Positions 1-15,700 of a DNA stretch of 64,000 nucleotides are shown one piece after another. A program made the position numbers and the translations under genes. The DNA comes from Owenia fusiformis (lineage: Eukaryota). A model generated the notes under the pieces. That model did not search any database. It saw only the letters and a list, made by a program, of their open reading frames with translations, and had not been told where the DNA came from. The stretch covers positions 18,972,001 through 19,036,000 of the forward strand of contig CAIIXF020000001.1 in assembly GCA_903813345.2 (NCBI GenBank), written 5' to 3'. The first letter of the stretch is position 1; every line of letters starts with the position of its first letter.

Positions 1-40
1 ATTGAAGAAATGGAGGGTTGCATTTTTTTGGGTCACCCTG
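1..40. mobile_element. Right end of a Tc1/mariner-like element, cut by the window edge
   Basis: TTTTTTTGGGTCACCCTG|TA terminus; similar orphan ends occur at about 31825-31843 and about 39785-39804. Confidence 0.45.
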
Positions 41-1039
41 TATAAAGTCATAATACTCAAGCCACCTAAATATAACTCTCATTAGGGATCGGATCAACAC
101 GTCAAGTTCCATCAAAATATGTTATTCTGTATAATATTAGAAAGGTAGGGGTAAAATCTTGTTTTATTTTGTGAAACGAGCAATTTCTTTTGTTTCTGAG
201 GCTTATTGATAAATTGATTCATTTTGAAGGAGGAGAGGGGGGGGGGGGGGGGGTCAGATTCATATTTTGATAGCTGTTGATTTATTGGACTCCCCCCTCC
301 CCCAATACAGATATAAAACAACAGAAGTAATGTTATGCAGTTTAGTACATGTATTAAACATAAAGACTTTTTCTCATATAACAGGTGGATAATTAGAAAT
401 CAGGGGAACCATAGAAACTGTAACCATGGAAACCATGTCCATCGGGAAACCTAACCTTTTCCCATAACAACTGAACCCAATTTCTTTCTCAATCAAAACA
501 AAAACACTTTTTTCAACTACTAACATTTAAATAGGAATATAATACCGGATTGGTCATTGGTCTAAACAAACCAAATATTCTTTCCTTCAGTATTTGGCAC
601 AAGACATTTTTCTGAAAAAATGGTCCCCTGAGTTCTAATTGTAATTTAATGAATCACAAAAAGGCTATATGCCTACCCTGTTTGGACTATTTGTATGTGT
701 TTTTTCCTCAATAAGATATAACAAGAAGTACTGATTTGCACTGAATTCTACACATAATCACCTTTATTTGGTAAGTGGTTGCTAAGAAGTAATTTGATGA
801 GCAAAGAACAGTGTAGTTCTAAATTTCATAATTAAAAAATTCTCACTAACAAAAAGTCTCTTTTTGGCGGGTATCATTTAAGTGTGGATTATAACTAAAA
901 TTTAGAGCAATTTTTTAGATGGACCCAAATCAGCAATCTACAATTATAAAATTTCGTTTCATTTTTCTTGGGTGCAGAATGATCCTAAATTTACTCTACT
1001 AAAATGGTGTACAAAGTGGCTACATTAACCCCATAATCA

Positions 1040-1284
1040 AGGATTGGCTCTCGGAGTGCTTCATCGATATATGGGCATGTCGTGATTACAAAATTTCGCT
1101 TCAGCATATTTGAATTGTCTTATTTCCAAACAAAAAATTCCAAAACTGACAAGAAATGATTGAGATATTGGTTCAAATCTTGGACTGTTTATTTTAAAAT
1201 AGTCGGTTATAATATAGAAAATAACAACATTTTTACATTTTCATTGTTAGAAAATATTGAGTTTCGATCCTGGGAGCCAATCCT
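1040..1284. mobile_element. Possible small MITE
   Basis: AGGATTGGCTC(T/C)C inverted repeats 245 bp apart; no clear TSD. Confidence 0.4.
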
Positions 1285-3716
1285 CCTTGTCTCATAATAA
1301 TACAAACAATGTACTTAAAGATAAATAAGAGAAAGTTCAAATGTGAAAAAAACATCAAAAACAATCTTCTCATCAAAACTCATCTCATTAAGTCTTGTGC
1401 GTGTAATTGCATTCATTTTTAACAACCAATTCATGTAATTTTATAGATCTATACAGTCAAAGTAAATAATTTATTGAAAAATATATTAATAAATATATAT
1501 GTAATAGACAGCATGCACAATGGTTTGCAAATATTTCTTTAACAAGAAGATAACATTTAACATGGGGATGAACAATCCTACTTCTCAATAAGATAAATAT
1601 CTATATAGTATTTAATCATGGCAATAATACAATCAGCATACATGTACATTTATATACATAAGTACATTACATTTTAAATTTACAATATAAGAAAGTACAT
1701 AATAAATTATTTTCTGTACAACATAAGTATAAATACAATAAATGAGTCTTTTAACCAAAAAGTGCTTGTTTTGCATCATGTCTCTGGATCCCTCCCCTGT
1801 AGTGAAGTGGGGGGGGGGTCTCAGAGGCTTGATGCAAAACTATCTAGAACTGATCAACACTGTTTTGTGTTGTGCTGTTGTGTTTTCACAACACTATGAA
1901 TCAATACGCACTCACTTCTATTATTAAACCAAGTCATGTAAATTCAAAGAACTCGAACGGATTACTATTTCCCCTCAAATGTTTTTTAAATGTACCCAAT
2001 TACCAATAGGTCTAAAGTACCATAGTCGGTCCCTTGGAAATTGACAATTGCAAACTTTAATCGGAGCTTTATGGCCTATCCAGTGATAAATACAGTGATC
2101 AGTAGAAATTACACTAAAGGGATTAATTTCGCTGATAAAATGTTCATCTCTCCCATACAAAATTGGTATTATCAAAGATTAATGGCCAAATGAAATCATT
2201 ACACCATCATTACTATAAAGCATCATATGGAATCTATCTGTTAAATCACCATACATTTCACCTAGAACATTGTTAAAGTGCATACAGTAACTAGTACATA
2301 GCTCAACATGGAGATTTGGTGGAAATGAAAATATCTCTGAAGTAAATATCTCCCCTGAAATATCTGCCATAATTGAGTCACCATTGCAGACTTTCAAATG
2401 ATATATGAACACTTAGGTATCTACATGTACATGACATATTTGAAAATTAAAAAAAATTACATTACATTTTAATATTTACAAATTTCTTCATTCAAATAAA
2501 TGTACATAAGGTAAGAAATGTACATATTAAGCCTTACTAGCCTCCAAAATGTATATATCAAAATGTACCCCATATACATAACATCATAAGCAAAAATGAA
2601 GAAAATGTATTATATTAATATAGAGATCAATGTTTATATCTTTATGCCCCAATCTGCTATTTGAATCATCAACATACTTTGATAATAAGCTTCTTTCTGA
2701 AAGAATCTCAGCTCGAAAAAATTGTTCACCCCGTACGAGGTATGACAAGTGCAAATTATAAGGGTTGAATGCATGTATCTCTTATCATATCTAAACGGCA
2801 AATAATTAATCCACTGGCCAAAAAAGAAGATTGTAACATTGTAAAATTGTTTCAATTTCATTTAAATCATAAATAGGGCACTGGGCCACTTTAATAATTG
2901 GAGAAAAGCATATTTATCTGTACTATGTAGTACATCAGGTGAGTTTCTCTAAGGTTTAAACCTCAACATTTTCCACATTATGCTACTACTAAAAACGATA
3001 GTGCATAATGCCAAAACATGTGCTATTACAAGAAATATTATACAATTAAGAAATTTATAATTCAATAATAATATTTTCAATGTTTCATTATATACAAAAC
3101 ATAAACAATTGTCTTTTTTGATTTATTCATGACACAAAGGTGTCTCTCACTTTGTAATACACTTATGTGAATCTTATAGATGTTTATTACATGGAGGATG
3201 TATCCTCTCAATTGAAATACACTTCAACACTGAATTCACACTTAATATCTTCTACAATGAGATACTTCTCAACATTGACATAATCTTCAACAATGTTTTC
3301 CTCAAGTGAAAACATTCTACAAGTGAAAACCTTCTACAAGTGAAAATATTCTACAATATCTTCAACTACAAGTACAACAAGCCCGAAGCCCCCCTGGCCC
3401 AAAATCTTTCAAAATCATGCATATATCACCATTCTGAGCACTTTCCAGGTGATTTTGGGCCACCTTTTGGGAGTGAACCCCCTTGACAAAAGCTGGATAT
3501 GGGCTTGGGTATAAGGTATCCTAAATTGCAATATCTTCTACATTGAGTATCTTCTATTGAGATGTTAACAATTTACATATTCTACCTCAAAAATGCGGTA
3601 ATGTCAACTGCTATCACATATTTCACCATTCCAAATTGAGACAGCAAAATTAAGTGAGATCATGATTCCTCAGTTCATGTCCCCCATTCGATTTCACTTG
3701 GACTGACTCTATCAAG

Positions 3717-6700
3717 TTACTGTGGCTGCTCAGACGTAGAAGTTGTTTCGCCTAAAGCTGAATCTTTTTCGTTCCCCGATGTGCTAAAAAATGAAAATTA
3801 TGTTATGAAATATATATATCAGTTAAGTAGTCAGACATCATACATCGTTAATTGAAATATGTTACGCATACTCAACCTTTTAGTTCTTGTTACCACCTTT
3901 CATTTTTGCAATTTATTCAGAATCCGTCTTTGAGGGAATTCAAATACAAAAGGGTTTATCCCTATAATCTGACCCCTTTCCAAGGAAGAAGCAGACTTTA
4001 TGGAGAGCTACTTTGAATATCTATGATTCTTGAAAAGCATTTAAAAAATCCATGAGTGAATAAATATATATGTCTATTCAACCAAATAATTCAATGATTT
4101 TGATCAGTGACTTCTGATAAAGTACAATATATGAACTTATGAAGGCATCAGTAAAATCCATTTTATGCATTTTTAAAAAGAATCAACTTTTAAGAAAATC
4201 AGTTCTATCCGATTATAATGAGAGGGGGGTCAATCTGAAATGTTATTGATAATCGAAATATTGATCAGTTCACTAAGATCAAATACATAGCTCCTCTCCA
4301 TAGAGTTGGCCTCTTTGACTTACAGAAAGTTAAGATGACATGTACTGTATATGTCACTATAACTGTCATGCCATATATGTCACAATAATTGTAATGCCAT
4401 ACATGTCACAATAATTGTAGTTTAAGACTCCATATTATGACATTTCTTATTAGACAAAGAATCATGCTGAATAAACATCATCACCCATACATGCCTGAGG
4501 AATAACAATCCTATTACAATATCAAATCTTTAATTAATTGCAGAAAGGCTAGAAAAGATCTCCTGGTAATGAAAATGAAAAAAATAGAAAACACAAAGGG
4601 CAATATAAATAGTTCATGGTCTTGAATCATGATATTGAAGTTATATATTAACAAATTACAACATTGTTTAACTGTTTAATAACTAAATTTTCAGCAAATA
4701 CATGTTCTTCAAAATGTAATAATATAACATCAAATAACTATTATAGGAAGGTTTTAATAATTATCCTGATGTATAAAGTGATTGGTTTGAGACTATTCCC
4801 GAAGGTGAACCATTTCATGCCATTGAGGAAAGGCTTGATAATTGTCTAAATCTCCTGGTAAGACATTCAAATTACCAAGAAATGAATTTTCTAATTTTGT
4901 AATGATTTTCCTAAATAAGACCTATCAATCTGACAGAATACAAATATATTAGAGCGTTGAAAAATTCAGTTCTTTGTCGAGATCACGCCTATCAACCCAA
5001 GGGTATTCATTTAAAACAAAAACCCTATGACAAGAAAATCGAAACTAGTTTTCATGACAAGATTTAATGACCCTAAGTGACACTGAATGACAAGTAAAAA
5101 TTGTAATATTCTAATAACTAAAATAAGAATAAATGTGGTAAAAGTATTAAATCAACAGAATAATTATTTAAAAATAAAATGTGCACAATATCAAAAGAAA
5201 ATGTTGACATTACAAAAATGTGGATAGTTCATGATTTACGTCTACGTAAAAAGTGAAATCAAGATACAAGTGCAAAAACAACAGAAAGTGTAAAACCATG
5301 ACACACAGAAGTATACAAAATATAATTTCAATTTACAAATCACATTAGAGCCAAGAATACTTTGAAAATGTAGAAGAATGAACAAAGTTTTGACGACGCA
5401 CAATAGATTGACACAAAATAAATGAAGGGGACATGAAACATCAATTTTGTTCCGATAAACCACTCACCCTCCTTGCATGCAACATATCCCAGAAATCACT
5501 GTTTGCGTTAAGTTAACGGGATATTATTAACATGTCTTACTTATTTATATTCAGATTAGGTTTACTGCTTTTAATCCAGCGTGATTTATGCCTACAATGA
5601 GTGTTAGTAGTACATATAGTATTAGGATATAGTCACAGGTTGTTAGAAAACTATTAACAGATTGCATCAAGTCTCTGTGACAACCCCCTCCCCCTCTGCC
5701 ACACATATCCCAAATATTGTTCGATAAAATGCAGAGAGAGTGGGGGTGGTGGCCAGTGATTTGATGCAATGCTGAACTATCAGTATGTCAATCAATACCA
5801 CTTTCTGAATCAATCAATACCACTTTCTGAATAAATCAATGCCACTCTCTGAATATGGTCAGGATTTACAAGTGGTAGATGGTGATTATAAAAACATCAA
5901 ACTGCTTTCAAATTGTAGTTTAATACATTATTTTATCACATTTCTTTCAATATTAACTTAAACAATGGGAAGAAAATATTTCTGGTTGACTTAATACGAA
6001 GACTAGGTATTCAGAGAATGATATTATAATACACCATGAAAGACTTGATGAAATTAAATATACAGGGTACTATAAATTTTATATAATAGGCCAAGGAAAT
6101 TAATATAAAGCATTCATCAACAAATTAAGTATTTGGACTGCTATTCTACAATACTCGACCCATTTAATAAAGAAGACAATAGAAAACATGATTTGGAGAA
6201 TTGAGTTTAATTTCATCAAGTGATTTATGCTTAATACCCATGGACATTCATGAATATCACTACCTACAAGAAAAATTGTAAAAAGATTAGTGGTGACTAG
6301 CGACATCTATTTTTCTTTCACTGCAATAATTCAAACAATGGCTATCAGAAAAACTCTTCACTCTACTATCAAAAGCATTTATTTTAATGTTAATAAAGTG
6401 AAAATGATGAAATAAACTACAAAAGAAAAGAAAAGTGAGAACATCTCAGTGGCCGACAATAATGAGAAATTATTGTTGAACCCAAGCAAAGACTTTTCAG
6501 AATCTTTTGATTATTTGATCAATACTTTGATGAGCATTATATTTTCAAGTGTAACATGCATTTTCTCACATTGATTTTCATGTTCAAGCAAAACTTTTTC
6601 ATGAGTGAAAAGATTCAACCGTAACTTAAAACGTTATGTGTAAAAACAACAACTGATAGACAGCACTGAAATCAAACGTGAGACATACATATGGAACTTC

Positions 6701-9700
6701 GTCAATGGCTAAAGCAAAATTATGATCCCTTCTCGTATGGATTTCACCACCACGAGAGGATCAAACATGTGATGTTTATAAATAGTTAAGTTTATTTAGT
6801 GTGAGGATAGTTACACAATACACATGTATTCAGGGATTGCATCAAAACTTGACTGAACACTGAGACATTTTATTTGGAGAGGAGGGTGCAGGTAAAATGT
6901 AACTTTTCATCATATTCAATTATGGTACCAGGGCTTTTTGAGGGAAATGGAGGGATTGGATTTACATCCATGCATTTCTCCTGGTAGAGGTGTCAAAAGA
7001 TTTGATATATCCAGTTACCAAAATATGGCAGAGATCTGTGAGTTAAACTGAAATTAAGTTTGGGTTGACTTGCTTTGATGTTTTCATGTGGTCCCTGAAC
7101 ACTGTGTCTAAGAGAGTCACTTTTTTGTCAAGTTCACATTTTCACTCCATCTACCTGTCATTTGTTTATTCAGTATTTCACTCAGGTCTTGTATTGCCTT
7201 AATAAATCTACAAATCAACATTAACATCTACGATTCAATTAGTATATACATGTACATGCACAAGCATTTCTTTCAGAGTACAGGAACCAAACTAGAAAAT
7301 GATACACTTCACCAAATATTTTCTCTCAGAAAGGTAAGGCACCGATGATCTAATGATAACCACATTAGAAAAGGCTATGTTAGTTTTACATCAAGTGTTT
7401 CGTGCCCCCCCCCCCCTCCCCCCAGCCCTTGTGTTAATGCAAGAGAATAAGAGGTACCAACAATGGTACATGGTCTAAAACCAATGAATACCATAGTATC
7501 ACATTTCATTTGAATGATTAATTTGAAGCGTGATAAGCAAAACATTGCTATAGCTTGTATGTTACACATTTTACTGTACATGCACAATTGAAGGGCATCT
7601 CAGGTGGAAGTCTTCTCTGGGGAAGAAGCAGTCTTTGTCAATCCAATCCACTGGCCCCAGCTACAATTATTAGCGAGGTTAACAACATCCACGAGTCAAG
7701 ATAATACATGATTGTTAATACTGAACATTATAGCATGCTTATATTATGAATATATCACATTTGTACTCAATTGAAAACTTTGTTAAACATGCAGTTAGTA
7801 TAAAGATTTTTCAGATGATTTATGTCTTGAATTGTTTGTATTATATGCACTTTTCAACTACTGCCATGCCAACTTTGTAAGTCCAGTGAGGGCAGATGTA
7901 CCATGCATCACTTCAAGACTAAACTTAATTATTTCAGTTATTTAAAAAAAAAAAGAAGTTAATTTGGTTCCTAATCTCAAGATATTGATTTTTACCAATG
8001 ATAAAATCAATATCAACACCCATATGTATTTCAATTCCATCCTTGCGCCAAACAAAATGAATTTCATAATGAATATCAATTTTCATCTGCCCATCCATTT
8101 CATATGAATAATGTTAAAATGGTCACCTGTGTGTGCCTTGTCTCGCCATCTGATGAGCTTTTCTCTTACGCTGATAGTGACTCCTGGAAAAATATGTTTT
8201 AATTAAGAACATTCACAGTTACATTTATGTAATATCAATTGTACACTGTGAAGAGATGGGGAAATTGTCCAGCCTCTGAGAATTATTTTCCTTAGTCTGA
8301 AAAGGTACCAGTAAAATAAATAGCATATTTCCAATTCTTGTGACTGACTTAATTTCTTATTGAGAATGTAACCAGTCGAAAATGTATACACTCCTTGGGG
8401 TGTCAGTTCAATGTATAAAATATTCAAATGAAATAAATTATACTGAGACAAAGGTAATAAAGACCCCATTTACAGTACCTGAATCTTTGTTGAATAAGTA
8501 CAGCTGCACTTCGACTTTTCTTGAATCGTTCATGTTCCTTATATGTCCTGTATTGGTTCTGTATGACCATTGCTGCATCCCTGCTGCGCTTAAACCTCTT
8601 CTGGGCATAGTAGCTCCTGAACTGACTCTGAATCAACACTGCAGCCTGGGTCATCTTCTTATAGTAGCAGTACTGAAAATCAATCAAATCAATTAAACAA
8701 TTAATCAGTCAATCAATTAATCAGTCAATCAATTAATCAGGTATAAGTTATAGGGGGTGAGAAGAATGAGTAAAATTCATCAAAGTAATAAATGTGGATA
8801 AATACAAAAATGGTAAAATCTATGTATTTCAATGGATAAAGTATATACATTTTGCCCAAAAAATCTGATATAGAGATAATTATTTTCTTTCATTATACAT
8901 TTTCAGCTTACATTAACTGTGCATTTCTATGGTTGTCATATATCAAAGGGATTATACTATAGCTGTACATGTCTTGATTAAAAGTATAATATTTAGTACT
9001 GCATAGAGCCAATGGCAGATAGTACTGTTAAACAATTATGAAGCATATTGTGAAAATTCGTTTTAAGTACCAACTGCTGACAAATGGATGCTGTCACAAA
9101 AATGTTGATACAATATATTATCACATGCACTACTTTTTTGATGTGACATAACATCACAAAATAATGCACAGTCTACAGAATTTACAAAGTTTACCTGTTT
9201 ATATCTCCTGTAATAGCTCTGTATAAGGATAGCAGCATCGATCTCTTTCCTCTGCTGTTCTCTACGTTTCTCCACTCGAAATTGACGAAAAAAGTTTTGG
9301 ATTATCTTAGCTGCTTCATATAGCTTTCTTTGTTCCTGGTCTGTAAAAAGAATGAACTATTTTATGGACATCAATTTTCAGGGGAGAGAAAGCTCTTCCA
9401 AATTATTAAATAATTATTTCAAGGAGCTTTAATACTTGTCGATACTAAACATCCCCGGTCAAACCTTTTTTCCTGACTTTACTCGGGATTTCAACCTGTG
9501 CTCTGCTATTTTCTAAAATCATTTCTTCTTGATTAAGTGATTATACACAGCAGCAAACATAAGGTAAAGACGAAGTTTGCTAATTAACTTGACCATAAAG
9601 TGACAAAAGATAAGTGATTAATTATAGATTTAAGACACAAAACTTGATTTGTACAGAAGTGAAAATAGTTTGAAATTATTCTAGATTCAATTCCATATCA

Positions 9701-12700
9701 TTTATTTAAATTCAGTTTCCCTACCTGACAGAGTGAGCTGTGAAAAGTCCTTCTCCATGTAAAATGTGGGGGCATTGAAATATTCAAGAAACTCCTGGGC
9801 AGTGGGAGGGGGTGAATCAATGGACCAATGATATGGACTCTGCATGCTGGAGGACTCTGGGCTCAGACTGGAGGCAGGTGTGTCCAGATTAGGATACCTA
9901 AAGGTAATCGATTATCAAATATTAAATCAATTTGGAAAATGCATGTATCATATGGCAAGGGTTGAAATCTCTGAATATATAGCAATATATTCATACATTT
10001 AACTTTTTTATCTCCTGAAAGATGTTTCCTTATGCCTATTGTGACAAACACTGCCAAAAGACAACATACAATTAGTCATAAGAGATCAATAGTTCTCTAC
10101 AACAATTCATGCTTTAAAATATAACATTTATTTTAAAGCACTCAACAGGGTCATTCTGTGGTAGCTAAAACCCATTTCTACAATTTCTACATTACCTGTA
10201 ATTGTCCTCGAAACTGTACTGGGTGCATTCCCCCAAAGGAGTACAGATCCCAGAATCCTCTGCATATGGATTTGTCATCTCAGAGCTTATTGACCCAAAG
10301 GAACTATGGGAGCTGCTTCTTTCTCTGTATTCATTGCGAATGGTTGGTTGGTCAACCTGCATTTCTTCCTCAGCTGTATCAGAAGCATTTGGTGAAAGTT
10401 TGATGCGCTCGGGCATAGCTGCGATAATCTGTTTCGCTAAAGTTTCGATCTGGTTGGTACTTGCATCACCTGAAACGTAGAAATACCACAAGTTGAACAA
10501 AGATTTAATATGATAACTTCATTTATAACCTAGATAACATTTATGAGCTGATCATGAACAAGTTGGGGTCTGGCTCAAGAAAACATAACCAACAAAATTT
10601 GAAAAAATACTGGAATTTACTTAAGATTTCTGGTGCGTGTCTCATTAATGTTCGAATACAACCAAAATGAGGTCATTGAAGTTGCTGAAATGCACAGCCT
10701 GCCCCCCCCCCCCCACAGGTTATGGGCCTGAGTACATGTAATCACTGAAAAACCCTTAACATCCAATATGTGTTATCACCTTGTGATGCTGATGACTGGA
10801 GATTTTCCTCTTCATCGGAAGATAACCTTTCAACATCAATCAGGGGACTGGTCATCTCTTTATTACCTGTGGAAAATGCACAAACACATTAATACTTGTA
10901 TTTTTAGGTTTTAAGTTACTCGTTAGTACAATCTCTTCTGATCTTGTATTTAAATGTTTATTTTTAGTTTCATAAATAATACAAACATACTGTCCGATAC
11001 AAGGATTTGCAAATCTGCCATTTTGAGGCAAAGAGAAAATCAAAAAATTAAAAAAAACTTCAGATCAACTCACCAGTATCCATATATTGTGGGGAACTGT
11101 GGTTATGTTTACCACTATGTTGAGGTAGGTACATCAGAAATGTATTCAGATCTTGTTGACTGGCGGTGGCCATATTCGAGATCATAGGGTTTCCCTGTTT
11201 ATACATATGCTCCTTAAATGCATCGAGATTAACATCAGGGGCCGAGTTAACTGAACGTAGGGAGTGAGCAGGATTTGTGGATTTATGAGATGGCTTTGTG
11301 TTGTGAGAAACTGCCCCCTGGAGAAACTCAACCGAGGTCCTTTTACAGAGCTTCCTTGAGCTTTCTGGTGTAGATGTCCGAGGTATTCGTGGGGTTTTGG
11401 AAATTGACTGACTGGAATTGGATAACATGTGATTGTTTTTATCTGATTTGGGAATAATAATCCTTAGGTCCGAGGACCAATTTGCTCGTGGGGTATCTTT
11501 TTTCAAGTCCATATTAAATGTATCTGGATTCACAGCAGCACTCATCGGTGTGAATGTGGCTGACGGTTTACTCTGTTCAGGTGGTGTACTTAGTTGGTTC
11601 AAATTCAAAGATTTCACATTAGATTCCATTTTGGCACTGTCTTCAGTATTCCTACACCACATTTCAAGGCGGTCTATCTGGTCCGCCAAGTTGAAATGAT
11701 GGTGGTCTCTAGCGGCTGTAAGGGGAACTATACCATCCTTGTTACACACACTCAGGGCACTTCTGTCCCAATTATACAGCACCAATGCAGACTCTGATTT
11801 CCCTAAAGCACAGGCCCACATCTGCAAAACATGAACAAATGTAGTTCACATTTACATGAATTACTTGTATAAACAACATGTACAATATATGGGTCATTCT
11901 CCAATACTGACGTAAAATGACCCCCTGTACTTAAAATCCCATTTATGTAATTACATGAAGCTGTATGATATATTTATTGTTTCCAACATGTTGCACATAT
12001 ATTAAATATATAAATAAAATAAAATAAATATCATTGTAAATGTTTTTACTTGTTGTTGATTTCTTATAGTCCATTTGTCCAACATTTTTTTTCATTAAAA
12101 AACTGACATTTTGTGAAGTGATTTTTTGCAAGTCCATGAAATTTATAACCTGTGTCAGAGAACGTCCCAAAATGGATTATAAACAAATATACACATGTAT
12201 CTGTAATAAAAATCGTGCTAAATGAGTGAAATCGTTGGTTATTGGCATCATTATAAAAAAAAATTGACCAGCACTTTTCCAAATGTGTGGTGTCCTTCCA
12301 TATCACGACCAGACGAATTGTGCAAATATACTGCTAAAATGCGATTTTGCCCCCTATGTTGCACGATCGTTTGCCGAACGTCAATTTCCATTAGGCAGTT
12401 CTGAAATTTCTAGTATTCGTACTGCATACTTCGTCCTAGCCATGAAATTAGATTGCAAAAAAAATTCGTGTCCACATATCACGACCGTGACTGACGAAAA
12501 CTATTTTAAGCTTAAAATGCTTTCGTGCTCAATTTCAGTGTACACATACCTCGTTTTAAATGTATAATCTTCACGTGATATGGAATTACGTAATCATTTA
12601 TTGTTGAAGACAATATGGCGGCAAATAAAGGCGGGCTGTCCTCGTCGTGTCCCGGTAAGTAAGATCACGAACGATAAATCACGAAAGTGACGCACTTTCT

Positions 12701-15700
12701 AAATCATTCCACAATATGCTCCTAATGTTTTGGAACACTATAACACCAGTGTAAACAATTACAATGACCATAATACCGTAAAAATAAGATGATGTTTTTC
12801 CAATTTTGGTTCTATATTTTTATTTATCTAATTTAGCGTTCGTTCGTGATTTTTTGGACACGAAATCGTTAGTTTCGTGATTTTTTGGACACAAACACGT
12901 TAGTTTCGTGATGCTGTAGGACACAATCAGTTTAAGTTTATTTGGGTGTTCCATGGTTTGCAAAATAACCGAGGCTTATATTTTTTCTCTCTTATGCCAT
13001 GTTTTCAGTAAGACTAACGTGTTTTTCGAGTCCCGTTTGAAGATGTTTTACATGTATTCAGCTATTGGTTAATTCCAAATTTCAAGGGAAATAACGCCAA
13101 AACGTTAATTTTCAAGTGAAAATTGGCCAGAGTTCTATTAAAAATACACTTGTGTTTGCAGAAATGTTACAGAAAAAGAAATCACATTTAGCCCTAACAA
13201 GCGCCCAGCGTAACAAAAATTATCGTGAAAGAATGAAGTCGTCAGTATTATATGCAGAAGAATTCCGAAATATTAATGTTACAAAGTGCAAGCTATGGAG
13301 GATGAAAGTAAAAGAAGACAAAGAAAAGTTGGACTATCAAAGACAACTGAGTCGTGAGAGATCAAGAAAGTACAGGTAGGATCACCAAAACTTATTTAAT
13401 ATTTAATTTTACATGTTTTAGATAGCAACGTTTTTATTGAATTATGTGACATGGTAATACATAGATAATTTATCAATTACGGCAGTTCGAACGCACAGGA
13501 TGCTATTTAGAGGAATTTCTGATCTGATTACGTAAAATTTTGTTTCAGAGAACGGAAAAAGGCGTCAATGGCAACGGATTCGTCAATCTCAACGTCGACA
13601 TCTAAGACAAGAATGAAACCAAAACTTAAAGTGAAACTCAGAAGTGAAGCAGGAGAAAGGAGGAAGAGATGGAGATTGTCTAAAAGAAAATATAGAGAAA
13701 ACATGTCCTCACAGAAGAAGAGACGTGTAAATGAAAAAAGAAGGACTAAATATGTTAAGAATAAGGTAGGCAATGACAATTAAGCTTTTTACAATTTCTG
13801 CAAAAAATTGATTTAATTTTTCTTGTCAACTTGTCATTCTTGTCATTCAAAAAACATTTACTTTCATCGCAATTTCATTATATCTCTAGGAATATTCAAA
13901 TCAAATACGAAGCTTGAGTGAGGAGTCACCCCAAATAGCACCCAGTGATAGTGAGCAGGAGCATTCTGGCAGTTCCGTACAGACGCCATATAGTACCAGA
14001 CAAGCATACCACAAAGCAATGTCACGAGTTAAGTCAGCTCTTCCACACGACCCAAAGAAGTATGCCGTACTTGTAGAAAACCTGGCCTGTAAAGCTACCC
14101 CAAGGAAGAAGCGAGAATTACATGAGAGGGGTATTTTTCTAACTGCAGCTAAAGAAAAAGAGCTGGAGAGAGTCAACAGGATAAAACAGTATATTGAAAA
14201 TACAAAACAGATGAGAACAAAACAAATCCTGCAGAGAAGAAAAACACTGAAAGCAATGATGAAACCGACAACTAAGAATGAGTCCGAGAGCAGCTGGAGC
14301 TTCATGTTTAAGAGTTCAGCCATAGAGGATGAAGAGAGGAAGAAAAGATCAGACGCACTTGATTCAGAAAAAGTAGTTGAGGTAGAAAATTTCTTCTCTA
14401 AAGAAGAAAACGCAAGGACACTTTCAGATGCTAAACAAGCTAGTGTGAAAGGAGAACGACCGAGAAAAATTCTAGAAAAAAGCCTTTCATCGCTGTACAA
14501 AGATTACAGCACATCTAGTGGACATCATATAAGTTACAGTAAATTTTGCAAACTGCGCCCAAATAATGTAAAAACTATGAGTAAAAACATTTTTAATCAA
14601 TGCCTATGTGAGTATTGCACCAACATTGAGCTGAAGATTTCAATTATCAACAAAATTGCTGACAGAGATAGAACTTCAAAAATCCAAGACAAATATTCTG
14701 CAAGCCGAATCACACTTTGCAAAAAGGTTAGTTTTTTAATGATAACAATAAGCGAATGTGAGCATATTGTTCATTGAAGAGACATATTCCTTATAGTTTC
14801 GCTATTTGATTTGCATTTTAGAAGACGTGGTCCAGGGGACGTGGTTTTTAAAAAGGGTTTATGAAAAAGACCGAGCCCACCGACCACCGACCGGTCGGTG
14901 TTTTCCACAGGTAGCCTCAAAACAGGGTTTGAAGAAAATGGGTAAAAGACTGACCATTTGTGAAAAGTACCGACCATTCGTGTAGCCTTAATTTATTTTC
15001 GATTTTGAATACACGTCAATCGTATTTAACGTTTTTTGTCAATTTTAAAATGGTTGATTAATCTACACGATGTAATGTTACGTGTGTTCTTTTGCCATGA
15101 TCAAAAGTGACTCATCATTTACGCACATCATTGAGAGCTATTTTTCATATTGAATGGAGTTTTTATTGACGTTTAATAACTGAGAAATCAAACATTACGT
15201 GTTATTCTTTAAAATAAAAAAAGATAACGACGCGATCGTAAATCGTAAGATCGTAAATGTTATTGGCGTGCATATTTTTGATATTTTCATACTGTACCTA
15301 ATGTAATGCAACATGCGTTTTATGATCCAAAGTGACCAACCATATAGCAAAAGCTAGGCTATTGAATTGTCGTTTTTTATAGTTTTGAATGTCTTACCAG
15401 ATTGAAATTGGTCGTTCAACAACTGAAAATTAAAACATTATGTTACGTTTTTTAGAGGACTACGCGATTAAATGACAGACCTACAATCTGACAATATAAA
15501 TTCTCTTTTTATCGTGACTTAAAATGGTGTGCAGTGCCGAACCAATGTCCTATTAAATCTATTATTGTAATAAGTAGTGTTGTTATCCCAGATTGAAATT
15601 TGGTCTTCAAACAGCTCAGAAATAATACGTTTTGCTTAAAAATATGATCAGACCGCGACGTGGTTACGTTTTTCACGTGCGTTTTCGATCGTGATTTAAA

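Noticed and set aside
13901-14500. 199-aa minus-strand ORF (also 13528-13779)
   Set aside because: Antisense shadows of Lys/Glu/Arg-rich transposase exons.
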